DNA from: Bacillota bacterium
GTDB lineage: Bacteria; Bacillota; Limnochordia; DTU080
Length of the DNA stretch: 64,000 nt
Direction: 5' to 3'
Assembly: GCA_012840225.1 (NCBI GenBank)
Contig: DULU01000089.1
Coordinates: forward strand, 14,089 to 78,088
Position 1 is the first letter of the stretch, and each line of letters opens with the position of its first letter. A model generated the notes under the pieces. It saw only the letters and a program-made list of their open reading frames with translations. It searched no databases and was not told the DNA's origin. A program made the translations under genes and the position numbers. Below are positions 39,977-49,307 of the stretch, in pieces.

Positions 39977-40906
39977 TTATCTGCTGGGTGTCAACGACAA
40001 GCCTACAACCGAGACTTGTTCGGCGGTAGTTAAGCTGATTTCATATCCCGCCGAGACGATCAGCTCTTCGCCTCTCACCAGCACGCCGCCCAACAATCCG
40101 GCCGGTCCTAATGCCACCAATCCCAACAGGCTGGCCCCCGCCGCCAACTCTGAGGTAGAGGGCTTTTCACCCGGCCGGGCGCTGCTCATCCTGATCGCCG
40201 TGCCGTCCAGAGCATAAACGGTGCCGAAATCGACGGTCACATCCGCATCCCGACCGAAGCTTCCGGCCGACCTCACTCCGGTCACCCGCCCGACGCCCTC
40301 GGCCCCGGCCGGAATGATCACCTTGGAATCGATAGTGATGTTCTGCAGCACCACATACTTGATTAGGTCGCCGGTCTTGGCCGTGCGGGAGCTGATTTCA
40401 TTCATGAGCTTTACCCGCACCTGAGTGCCTGCCGGCAGGCTCACCTTTCCGGTCTCCAGGTTGCCGCTGGGCCACACCAGACCGACCAGGCCGGCAATGC
40501 GGGTGTCGACGGGGCCGGTCTGGGCCGAGCCATAAACTTCCCGCTCTATCTGCTGCAGCCGGTTCACCAGGGGACCTCCCGGCGTCATGCGGCCGAAGAT
40601 CATCCACTCGGCACAGTTCAGCTTCATGATCAATGAGGAACCGCCGGTGCCCACGGTAGCTAAAGCTTTCAGATTATCGACCCGGGAGATGAGGCTTCCG
40701 GTCTGCGGATTGCCGAACAGATCCTTCTCAATGCGCTCGATGCGGGCCAGGAGACCGGCTTCCAAGGGCGTCACTTGCCCATATAAGCTTTGCTCAATAT
40801 CATTTAACGCCAATGCCGGTATGGCAACCTGGGCCGATGCCGCCGAGGCGATCATCATAACAATATTCATCACCAGTATAATGCCGAATAATGCCTTTCC
40901 CTTCAT
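39977..40906 (-). CDS. Secreted/periplasmic hypothetical protein
   Basis: Signal peptide, repeated IE..LYG/L..R helical motifs, and a beta-rich C-terminal domain (LPAGT.V.V.L...ISS). Confidence 0.7.
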   Translation of the reverse strand: MKGKALFGIILVMNIVMMIASAASAQVAIPALALNDIEQSLYGQVTPLEAGLLARIERIEKDLFGNPQTGSLISRVDNLKALATVGTGGSSLIMKLNCAEWMIFGRMTPGGPLVNRLQQIEREVYGSAQTGPVDTRIAGLVGLVWPSGNLETGKVSLPAGTQVRVKLMNEISSRTAKTGDLIKYVVLQNITIDSKVIIPAGAEGVGRVTGVRSAGSFGRDADVTVDFGTVYALDGTAIRMSSARPGEKPSTSELAAGASLLGLVALGPAGLLGGVLVRGEELIVSAGYEISLTTAEQVSVVGLSLTPSR

Positions 40907-40945
40907 TAAAATGGCTCCCCTTTCCTGTTGTTATTTGTTTATAGG

Positions 40946-42295
40946 TTAAAACCTGATGGAAAATTCGGCTATGGCCATATTGCCGCCGCTAGTTTCGGCG
41001 GCGTCTTCATCGGCCAGTGGGCTGCTCAATCTGTAGCCTAGCTTGATGGAAGCCCCGTTCACCGAGTACCGCAATCCAAAGTCGGCTATCTTCTCATTGC
41101 TTTTTTCATTGCCGATGATGGTTATACCGGCACTGGCTTCCGTTTCCGGCGTCAACCGAAAGCCCAAACCGGCACTGGTGGTATGCCTCCGCCACGGATC
41201 ACCTCCGGTCATCTTGTCTGTTGACAGCTCCTGCAAAGAGTAATGCAGGTTCAGATTCCATCTGTCCAATTCCACACCCAAGCCAACGGCAGTTGAAGAT
41301 GGAGAAGACAAAACCCCCCACATATTATCCGCCGCCTGCACCGCGGCCAAGTTGGCGCTCACACTTCTTCTTTCGCCGAAAGGATACCTCACCCCGAAGG
41401 AGGTGACGGCTTCCACACTATCGCTCTCGCCACCGAAGACGATATGCGAACGGCCGGCGGTCACCTGCACTTCGCCGACATCCACCGACAAACCGAACCC
41501 GGCCTGCTCCAGTTGCCCCTTGTCGCTCAAAAAAGCGTCGCCGGAGCCACCGAGGAAAGAGGCAGGTCTGTAGAGGCTGTAGTAATCATGGTTGGGGTAT
41601 AACAATTCCATTCCAGGTCCGGGCATGGAGCCTTGGGCGGAATTGATCACAGGCAACAGCCACTCATTGACCCGCTCGCCCAGCATGGCACTGAATGACG
41701 GGCGTTCGGCGACGGAGGCGCCATATCCCAGCTGTTCCATCTCAGGCCGGACAAAGGCCACCAGCCTGCGTATCTCCTCCATTTCTTCAGAAGTGAGGGT
41801 GGGCGTCAGGCCGGCATCGGCATATTGTTTCAGCAAGATATCAACCTGCCGGACTTTTTTCCGGACATCGGCAAAAGCCCTGCTTTCGCCGGGAGAGATA
41901 TGTTTTTCCAGCTGTATTTCCATAGTCTCGAGGGCGCTTATCACCCACAGTGCCGCCTCATAACGGCACATGCTGACCACCTGTGGGGAATCAACATCGG
42001 CAGTCGAATCAATGAACCCCAGGGTGAAAAGGCGGTTGATGATGCCATAGCTCCAATGCCCCTCGGGCAGCTCGGCAAAGGGGCTTTCCTCGGCAACCAC
42101 CTGAGCCGAGGCGGCGGCAGGGGCGAAAAACAGACAGTCCGATCCTATCGGCACAAGCAGATGCACTGCCACGAGCCAATATAGTAAAAACAGACTAAAT
42201 ACAGGTAGGCAATGGCGCATCGCCGCGATGCGATTTATGAACTTGTTGCCTGCCACCCTGGCTATCACCCCACAGCCTACGGTAATATTCTCCAT
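40946..42295 (-). CDS. SLH-domain outer-membrane beta-barrel protein (OmpM-like)
   Basis: PFAELPEGHWSY...RYEAA SLH-like motif; amphipathic beta-strand C-terminus ending AEFSIRF. Confidence 0.75.
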   Translation of the reverse strand: MENITVGCGVIARVAGNKFINRIAAMRHCLPVFSLFLLYWLVAVHLLVPIGSDCLFFAPAAASAQVVAEESPFAELPEGHWSYGIINRLFTLGFIDSTADVDSPQVVSMCRYEAALWVISALETMEIQLEKHISPGESRAFADVRKKVRQVDILLKQYADAGLTPTLTSEEMEEIRRLVAFVRPEMEQLGYGASVAERPSFSAMLGERVNEWLLPVINSAQGSMPGPGMELLYPNHDYYSLYRPASFLGGSGDAFLSDKGQLEQAGFGLSVDVGEVQVTAGRSHIVFGGESDSVEAVTSFGVRYPFGERRSVSANLAAVQAADNMWGVLSSPSSTAVGLGVELDRWNLNLHYSLQELSTDKMTGGDPWRRHTTSAGLGFRLTPETEASAGITIIGNEKSNEKIADFGLRYSVNGASIKLGYRLSSPLADEDAAETSGGNMAIAEFSIRF

Positions 42296-42426
42296 TCACT
42301 CCCAGTTACCTTTATATTTACTTACAATGTCTTCCTCTGCAAGCAGAAAATAGTCGAAAGACCTAAGGTATTTAGGACTTCGGTCACAGGCAAAGTGCCT
42401 AACTTTGACCGCCACTTTTTCCCGGG

Positions 42427-42930
42427 TCACGGTTGCTCTATCATTTGCAGATACCTCCGGGCCAAAACCTCCGCCACGAAATGATCGTAAGGCTCAGGCG
42501 GCGTCTGCAAGCCTAGAGGAACAAAGCGGCGCCAGCCTTTCCTGTTGGTCAAAAGATAAAGACGTCTCCCTTCCATGCTGGATTGATGTTCATCCACCTG
42601 GGCGATGGCCACCACCGGCTGCTTTGCTGCTGCACCTTCCTCAACGGCAGCCGTGGTCCCTGAGGAGAAAACCTGGCTGGTCATCGCTTCCAAACGCCGC
42701 CGCACCGCCCCGGAGCCGGTGCGATCGCCGAGGATCAATAAACAAGGATGATACTTGGCCACCAAATCCGCCAAAGCCGTCTCCAGCTGCCCGACATCCA
42801 CCACCTGCCGGTATAGGCAAAGGCCTTCGGCCGTCAGGACGGCAAAGCCGCATTTGGCCGTTCCCGGATCAATACCAATGTAATATGGCGCTGTATGATA
42901 CCGAGACGCCACACCGCCCCTCCTCGTCAT
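42427..42930 (-). CDS. YqgF/RuvX-like RNase H-fold nuclease
   Basis: IGIDPGTAKCG, LGDRT, VDE..SS.EGR..Y and D.FVA.VLA motifs. Confidence 0.82.
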   Translation of the reverse strand: MTRRGGVASRYHTAPYYIGIDPGTAKCGFAVLTAEGLCLYRQVVDVGQLETALADLVAKYHPCLLILGDRTGSGAVRRRLEAMTSQVFSSGTTAAVEEGAAAKQPVVAIAQVDEHQSSMEGRRLYLLTNRKGWRRFVPLGLQTPPEPYDHFVAEVLARRYLQMIEQP

Positions 42931-42933
42931 ATG

Positions 42934-42979
42934 AACGGCAGCGGACCTTTCCCTTTCACAGGTAAGGTCCGCTGCCGTT
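42934..42979 (-). terminator. Stem-loop downstream of the giant ompM-like gene
   Basis: aacggcagcggacctt/aaggtccgctgccgtt perfect 16-bp inverted repeat. Confidence 0.7.
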
Positions 42980-43028
42980 ATCTATCCGTTTTGGTCACGC
43001 CTGTTTACCGGCTTTGGCCGGCGCTTTT

Positions 43029-46000
43029 TTAGAACCGGATCACCACGCCGGTGTTCAGCTGCACAGCGGAGAAGCTGTTGACGGCGTTAGTTTTGTCCAC
43101 ATAGTTGATGTAATCCGCCTTGAGCTGGAATCCGGCAGCTTCATAGATCGGCAGATCCACCAGCAATTCCGCCGTGGAGTCGTCGACCTGGTTCTGTTCG
43201 TCGCCGACGCCGCTGCGCAGATTAACCTTACCGCTCACGGAACCTCCGGCCAGCGGACCGGCAAATTTCAGCTCCAGGGACTGCTTGGCCAAAGCCGGTA
43301 TGCCGGTGTTGATGGTTCTCCGCCAATCCAGAACGGATTCGAAGCGGATATTCTTGATGATAAACCCAGCTTTGAGGCCGGCTATCACCAACTCTTCATC
43401 AGCCGTCAGCCCGCCGACGGCCGTGGGTTTGTCCACCAGCTTGTTCAGCCCTGTATAAATGCCGGTGGTGAAGGTGCCGTTTTGCGCTTTGATCAGTTGC
43501 CAGTTCACCATCACCTGCGTCAGGCTGCGGTCGGTATAGGCGATCCAGTTCTGCCGCGGTTTGGTCGGATCGGCATTGGTATTGCGCCAACGCAGATCCC
43601 ACTCTTCTATCATCAACGGCGTATTCTCTTTCCGGTAGCCGGCCGATATGCGGAAGTTCTCGGTGAAGACCGGAAAGTCTTCTATCGCCAACCCCAGGAG
43701 AGAATGATTGAGATTGACGTCCGGTGTACCCTCCAGGCTATTGTTGCCCACCTCTACCGTGGCCCGCAGCGGCAGGAGAACCTTCATGTTGCGCTCGGCT
43801 CTGATCATGGACAAGGTGCGCTCGCCCTCGGAATTGCTCGTCACCCGGTGCACGATAGTGGTGTCGAAGTCCAGCGGGCGCAAGCCGCTGATCTCCAGAC
43901 TGGTATACTGTTCCTCCCCATAGAGGGCTCTATCCAGATTGGGCGCTGCGTATGGCTGCACCCACGAGTTGTGCATATAGCCATGCTCCAGGCTGGCCCA
44001 GATGCCTCTCATCCGGCCATGCTCATCGAGAGCCGGATTGCCGAAGAACCGGCTGACATACATCTGCAGCACCTGGCCCTGATTGACGTCGTTGTTGGCA
44101 CCGGTAATGCCATAGGACCAGAGCGGTGCCTTACCGCTGATCTCCAGCGTCGCCACCTTAGCCGCCGCATTGGTCAGCGGCCCGGCGTTGGTCCCGCCAA
44201 GATTCAGCCAGTTGGCCCGCACGACAAAGAGATCATGCAGCAGGGCCGAGGCGGAAATGGCCGTCACATGCGCCGGATCGTCGCCTGCGACGAATCCGCC
44301 GGCCGCATTAAGCCGTCTCGCCGTTCCCTGGCCGAAGAGCAAGTTGGCCTGCACTTTACGGCCGGCGAGATCGGCTTGCACCCCTCTGGTGCGCCACAGC
44401 ATGGCTTCCCATTTCTCAGCCGACAGGACGTATTCATTGTAGGAAGTGAAATCGACGCTTCTTTCCCCGAAGGGCTGGAGGCTGCCGATGCGCAGCGACT
44501 TCAGCGCGGAGGCGGTCGTCAGGTCGATTTCAAATCCCACGTCGGCCAGGCTGCCCTGGTCGTTCAGGTTTCTGGTGGCATAAATCTCGGCATCAAGTTT
44601 GGCCTGAGGAACCGGTTCCGTCTTCAGTATGATGCTGTAACGGGAGACCGCTTCATCTTTCAGGAACCGGGAGTTTTGGTACCAGTCGCCGCTCGCCGCC
44701 TGCTCCGCGTATGGCAAATTGCGCTCCCGCGGATCGCGGTAGATGGTCAAGCCGTCGGCGGCGGTATAGGAAACCGCTGACGCCAGGCTGATCTCGGTAT
44801 TCTCGAATTTCTTCTTCAGCGGCGCCAGGTCGTCGGCCACCTGATCGACAGCTTCGGACAGCTCGGCTATATTGCCGTGCATTCTTTCATCCAAAGCGAC
44901 CAGGTCGTTGCCGAGCCCTTCTATCTTGGCGGCGTTTTCGGCGATGGCCTGTTGATTGTCGCCAATCAACCCGGCATTCTGTTTTATCGCCGCCTCGTGC
45001 TCATCCAGACGGGCGATATTCTCCTCTACTTTTTCCTCCAGTCTCCGCTCCGCCTCTTCCAAGGCTGCCAGTCTGGCCTCGATCAACGCGGCTCTCTCTT
45101 CCAGGGCGGCCGCCCTTCTCTGCAGAGCCACCACATCTTCCGCCAGCAGCACTAAAGCATCGCTCAGCAGGTCGTCTACCGCCTTACCTTCTTCCATATC
45201 CTTCAGCAACTGCTCCAAGGTCTGCTGATGCGCCGCCACCTCGCTCCGGCAATCGGCCAGATCGGCCGCCAGTTGGTCGATGTTGGCTTTGGCTTCGGCG
45301 GCATCTTCCTGAAGGCCGGCGATCTCCCCCTGCATGGCGGTGATATTCTCCGCGGCGGCTTCGACTTTTTCGGCCGTCTGTTCCAGTTTTTCGTCGGTCT
45401 GCTTCAGCTGCTCTTCCATCTGCCCGACCCAGCCGGTCAGCTGTTCTATCTTGAGATTGTGGTCGAGAAGGCCGGCGGTCAGATCCATGATCATCGCTTT
45501 GTTCTCATTGATCAGGGCATCATGCTCCAGCAGTTGAGATGTCAGCCTGGAAATCATGGACGAATTGATCAGGAGCTGCTCGCTGTTTCTCTCAATCTGC
45601 TCGGCATTGCGGTTGATCCGCTCCAGGAGGGTGTCTTTCACCTCACCGACCTCGGCACCCAGCTTGACAAGGGCGAGCCGCTGCTGCTCCTGTTCGTCGG
45701 CCAAGGCCATCTGCTGCACTTCCAGGAGATAAATCTGCTCGGCGCTGAGCGCCACTCCGCTGATCAGACCTTCCTGTATCTCCTCCAGCTCGGCCAGTTT
45801 GCCGGCCTGAGCCTCTTGCTCCCCTGCCAGCATCTCCTGTGAGGCCGTCAAAGCAGCTTGTCCGGCAGCCAACTCATCGATGCGACCGGCATTAAGCATG
45901 ATCCCTTCGGACAGAGCATCCTGGCCGGCCTGCAGCACATCCTGGCCCGCTGCCAGGGCTTCAAGGCTTTCGCCGTGGGCGGCCTGGACGGAGGCCAACT

Positions 46001-48533
46001 CCTCGATTTTGTCTACCTGCCCGGCGACACTAGCTGCCAAAGCTCCCTGCTCTTCGGTCAGCCGGTCGATCCTTTCGGCATTGAACAGCACACCCTCGGC
46101 GAGAGCCTCCTGGCCCGCCGCCAGCTCATCCAGTTTTTGACCTTGCGCAGCCTGCCCGGTGATCAATTCATCTATCCTGCCTCCCTGCTCGGTAACTACA
46201 GCGGTCAAAGCCTCCTGCTTCTCCGTCAACTCATCGATCCTACCGGCGTTTAACTGTACGCCCTCGGCCAGAGCATCCTGGCCTGCCGTCAACTCCTCAA
46301 GGCGCCGGCTGTGCGTATCCTGAACGGCGGCGAGCTCGGTGGTCAGTGTTTCAATTTGGCTGCCTTGCCCGTCCACCACTTTCGCCAACTCCGCCTGCTC
46401 TCCGGCCAATTCTTCTATTTTACCGGTGTTGGCGGCTACATCCTGCGCCAGGGCAGCTTGATCTGCTGCCAGTTTATCCAGGCGCTCGCCCTGCGCCGCC
46501 TGCCCGGCCGCCAGATCACTTATCTGTTTGCCCTGATCGGCTTGGATCCCGGCCAGCTCCTCCATTTTGCCGGCATTGGCAGCCACATTTTCCGCCAGAG
46601 CGGCCTGATCCCCAGCCAGCCGGTCCAGGCGCTCGCCCTGCACTGCCTGCCCGGCCGCCAGATCACTTATCTGTTTGCCCTGATCGGCCTGATCCCAAGC
46701 CAGCTTATCCAGACGCTCACCCTGCACTGCCTGCCCGGCCGCCAACTTATCTATCTCGCCTCTCTGCTCATCCACCCGAACGGTCAAAGCATCCTGCTTC
46801 TCCGTCAAGGCATCTATCCTCTCGGCATTGAACAGCACGCCCTCGGAAAGCGCATCCTGTCCCGCCTCAAGCGCCTTCAGGCTATCTCCCTGGGCCGCCT
46901 GAGCCCCAGCCAACTCGTCCAGCTTGGCTGCCTGTTCGGCCTGGGTTTTCTCGATTGCTTCCACGCGTTGATACAAAGCAGCCTGAGCCTCTTTCAAACC
47001 GGCAACTTCCCGGCTCAAGAGGTCCAGCTCCACCCGGAACTCCTGACCTAAGGCTTCGATCTTGGCGGCTAAGTCGGCCACCCGCTCGGCCACTAAAGCC
47101 CGCAATTCTTCGACATCGCCTTTGACGGCGGCGAGGATCCTATCCATGTCGGCTACTTGATTCGCCAACTCATCAATCCGTTCCAAAGCCTTACCGATCT
47201 CTCGGGCCACTACAGCTTCCGCGATGTCGTTGGCGATTTTTTCGGCAGTTTTTCTGTCAATAAAATTCCCTATCGGCTGAGCCAACTCGTCGACCTTGGC
47301 TTCCATTTGCTTCAACCTATCAGCGATATCCTCATACACATGTTTCTGCAAAGCACTGATAGCCTGCTCATTAAGGGCAACTCCCTTTGCTAAGCCAGCA
47401 ATTTTTTCCAGAGCTTCCTCTGCCTTGCTGTCGGCCTTCTGCGCCAGATCTTTCGCCTCTTCGGCCAAGCCGGCCACTTTAGCCAGATCAGCCAGGGTGG
47501 CAAAGTTATCTGCCATCCTCTTTACTTCTTCCGCGAGCTTTTTGGCCTCTTCGGCCGTCGTCTGAGCCGCAGCTGCCAGATCCTGGGCTTTGGCCGCCAC
47601 CGCAAGAGCCTGTGCGGCATCGGTGGCCGCTCCCAAAGCTATCTCCCTCGTTTCCGCCAAGAGCCTCTCAACTTCTTCGGCAAGCTGTTGGGCCTGCGCA
47701 ATAGCTTCCTCCAGCTGTTGGAAACGCTGCGGCAATTCCTGTTCTATAGCTTCGACTTTAGCTAAAGACTCCTTAGCCGCAGCCAAGGACTCCTCCGCTT
47801 TGTCCAATGCCTTCTGCGCCAGGGCCAGCGCCTCCTGGGCGGCGGCTTGAGCCTCAAGCGCCTCATCTTTGGCATCCAAGGCCGTGTTATGAGCGTTGTC
47901 GGCGCTCTTCTGGGCAATATCCGCCCGCACCGCCGCTTCCTCCGCCCGCTTCAGAGCTTCCCCGGCCAAAGCCCCGGCCTCCTCGGCCAATTTACCCGCC
48001 CGGTCGGCTTTGCCGTCGATTTCCTGCACGGCCGCCTCCAGCTTCCCGGCTAACTCCTCGACCATTTTGGCGAGCTCATATGCGCTGTCGGCCCGCTCCT
48101 GGGCGCCGGCGGCCTTGGTGTAGGCTTCATCGGCACGGCTTTGCGCTTTGATGGCCTCCGCCAGAGCTTTTTTGGTCTCATCTATGTTTGACGCCAGATT
48201 CTTCTCCAGCTCCCCAATCCGACTATCCAAAGGCGCCACTTTATTCTCAATGCGGATATCGATTTCCCGTAACAGCAAGGACTCCATTCTCACCAAGATG
48301 CGGCTGAATACCATAGCCATCTCATACCTGGTAAACATGCGGTCCCCGCCGAAGGTACCGTCCGGATAGCCCTCGACCAGACCGGCGACGGCCAGGCTGG
48401 TTACGGCATCATAAGCCCAGTGATCCCTGGGCACGTCCGGAAACGGATTGGCGGCGGCCAATGTACCCTGCGTCAACAGCAAAAATATGAGTGCGAACAG
48501 GAAACCAGAAAGCCGTTTTTTTTGCATGCACAT
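43029..48533 (-). CDS. Giant OmpM/Omp-alpha-like envelope protein: SLH domain + ~1150-aa coiled coil + C-terminal beta-barrel
   Basis: Signal peptide; NPFPDVPRDHWAYDAV..L...GLVEGYPDGTF.G...TRYEMA SLH motif; heptad-rich A/E/Q/L stalk; beta-rich C-terminus ending GVVIRF. Confidence 0.88.
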   Translation of the reverse strand: MCMQKKRLSGFLFALIFLLLTQGTLAAANPFPDVPRDHWAYDAVTSLAVAGLVEGYPDGTFGGDRMFTRYEMAMVFSRILVRMESLLLREIDIRIENKVAPLDSRIGELEKNLASNIDETKKALAEAIKAQSRADEAYTKAAGAQERADSAYELAKMVEELAGKLEAAVQEIDGKADRAGKLAEEAGALAGEALKRAEEAAVRADIAQKSADNAHNTALDAKDEALEAQAAAQEALALAQKALDKAEESLAAAKESLAKVEAIEQELPQRFQQLEEAIAQAQQLAEEVERLLAETREIALGAATDAAQALAVAAKAQDLAAAAQTTAEEAKKLAEEVKRMADNFATLADLAKVAGLAEEAKDLAQKADSKAEEALEKIAGLAKGVALNEQAISALQKHVYEDIADRLKQMEAKVDELAQPIGNFIDRKTAEKIANDIAEAVVAREIGKALERIDELANQVADMDRILAAVKGDVEELRALVAERVADLAAKIEALGQEFRVELDLLSREVAGLKEAQAALYQRVEAIEKTQAEQAAKLDELAGAQAAQGDSLKALEAGQDALSEGVLFNAERIDALTEKQDALTVRVDEQRGEIDKLAAGQAVQGERLDKLAWDQADQGKQISDLAAGQAVQGERLDRLAGDQAALAENVAANAGKMEELAGIQADQGKQISDLAAGQAAQGERLDKLAADQAALAQDVAANTGKIEELAGEQAELAKVVDGQGSQIETLTTELAAVQDTHSRRLEELTAGQDALAEGVQLNAGRIDELTEKQEALTAVVTEQGGRIDELITGQAAQGQKLDELAAGQEALAEGVLFNAERIDRLTEEQGALAASVAGQVDKIEELASVQAAHGESLEALAAGQDVLQAGQDALSEGIMLNAGRIDELAAGQAALTASQEMLAGEQEAQAGKLAELEEIQEGLISGVALSAEQIYLLEVQQMALADEQEQQRLALVKLGAEVGEVKDTLLERINRNAEQIERNSEQLLINSSMISRLTSQLLEHDALINENKAMIMDLTAGLLDHNLKIEQLTGWVGQMEEQLKQTDEKLEQTAEKVEAAAENITAMQGEIAGLQEDAAEAKANIDQLAADLADCRSEVAAHQQTLEQLLKDMEEGKAVDDLLSDALVLLAEDVVALQRRAAALEERAALIEARLAALEEAERRLEEKVEENIARLDEHEAAIKQNAGLIGDNQQAIAENAAKIEGLGNDLVALDERMHGNIAELSEAVDQVADDLAPLKKKFENTEISLASAVSYTAADGLTIYRDPRERNLPYAEQAASGDWYQNSRFLKDEAVSRYSIILKTEPVPQAKLDAEIYATRNLNDQGSLADVGFEIDLTTASALKSLRIGSLQPFGERSVDFTSYNEYVLSAEKWEAMLWRTRGVQADLAGRKVQANLLFGQGTARRLNAAGGFVAGDDPAHVTAISASALLHDLFVVRANWLNLGGTNAGPLTNAAAKVATLEISGKAPLWSYGITGANNDVNQGQVLQMYVSRFFGNPALDEHGRMRGIWASLEHGYMHNSWVQPYAAPNLDRALYGEEQYTSLEISGLRPLDFDTTIVHRVTSNSEGERTLSMIRAERNMKVLLPLRATVEVGNNSLEGTPDVNLNHSLLGLAIEDFPVFTENFRISAGYRKENTPLMIEEWDLRWRNTNADPTKPRQNWIAYTDRSLTQVMVNWQLIKAQNGTFTTGIYTGLNKLVDKPTAVGGLTADEELVIAGLKAGFIIKNIRFESVLDWRRTINTGIPALAKQSLELKFAGPLAGGSVSGKVNLRSGVGDEQNQVDDSTAELLVDLPIYEAAGFQLKADYINYVDKTNAVNSFSAVQLNTGVVIRF
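45860..46900. repeat. Internal tandem repeats in the coiled-coil stalk
   Basis: GQ(D/E)AL(S/A)EG...NA.RID.L repeated four times; QADQGKQISDLAAGQA.QGERLD repeated with near-identical DNA at ~46480-46541 and ~46628-46689. Confidence 0.8.
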
Positions 48534-48860
48534 CTTCCCCTTTCATGTCGGCTTTGTACCAATACCAAATATCATATTTTGCGCTTCAATCAACAAATCC
48601 GGACATTGCAGATCGCTTTATACCTCTGAACCACACCAAGCGGATATTAATGAGATCAATTACGGCGAACAGGCGAAAACAGGCTGGTCAACATTTCTTA
48701 AATAATCAACAAAGTAGTATTCTAAACATGATTGGGAATCCCTTCCTGAAGTAATATTTTCCTGGGGTGATAATTCCCCGCATTTCCTCGTCCGGGCAGG
48801 TTATCGCCAGGCATTCGGTGAACCAAGATGCATAGGCATATAAAGAGCGGAGGTAAGTAA

Positions 48861-49307
48861 ATGACCGGCGACATGACCGTCCCGGCCTCACCCCAAGGCC
48901 GCATCAAGCGCATCATCGCTTTCCTGTTTCCCGTATCGGCCTATAAGCAAAGTCTGGTCTTACTAATAAGTCTGGTTATTGTTATTATCGGCTCGTTCCT
49001 GGGCAATGCTTTACCCGTCGATAATGCTAATTTAATCGCACCTATCATAGTTGGTTATTTTTTCGGAGGCCGGATCCATCCGCTCATCTTCATGGGAGCC
49101 GGAGCCACAGCCGCCTGCATCGCCGGTATCACCTGGTCGCTGGCCATTCTGAGCGGTGACAGCTGGGATATAACCTATGCCCTGGCCATCGCCAGCACCA
49201 GTTTCAATGTATTCGTCACCATGAGCCTGGGAGATCTGGCCCGCCGCGCTTACCTTCACCTGCGCCGGTTCAGGGAAAAAGGACGGGACAAAGCCAACAA
49301 TTCATAA
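48861..49307 (+). CDS. Hypothetical membrane protein
   Basis: 148 aa with about 4 TM segments; GGAGG RBS. Confidence 0.65.
   Translation: MTGDMTVPASPQGRIKRIIAFLFPVSAYKQSLVLLISLVIVIIGSFLGNALPVDNANLIAPIIVGYFFGGRIHPLIFMGAGATAACIAGITWSLAILSGDSWDITYALAIASTSFNVFVTMSLGDLARRAYLHLRRFREKGRDKANNS

Noticed and set aside
43014-44780. 588-aa + strand ORF, plus similar long ORFs such as 35063-36535, 31714-32703 and 61125-62234
   Set aside because: They are antisense shadows of well-supported minus-strand genes in GC-rich DNA and carry no recognisable motifs
45860-46900. Repeats as a CRISPR array
   Set aside because: They are in-frame coding repeats without unique spacers, and no cas genes are in the window
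48755-48815. Long hairpin between the ompM-like gene and the membrane protein gene as a riboswitch or 6S RNA
   Set aside because: I could not match it to any known RNA family consensus by eye; an Rfam search would be needed
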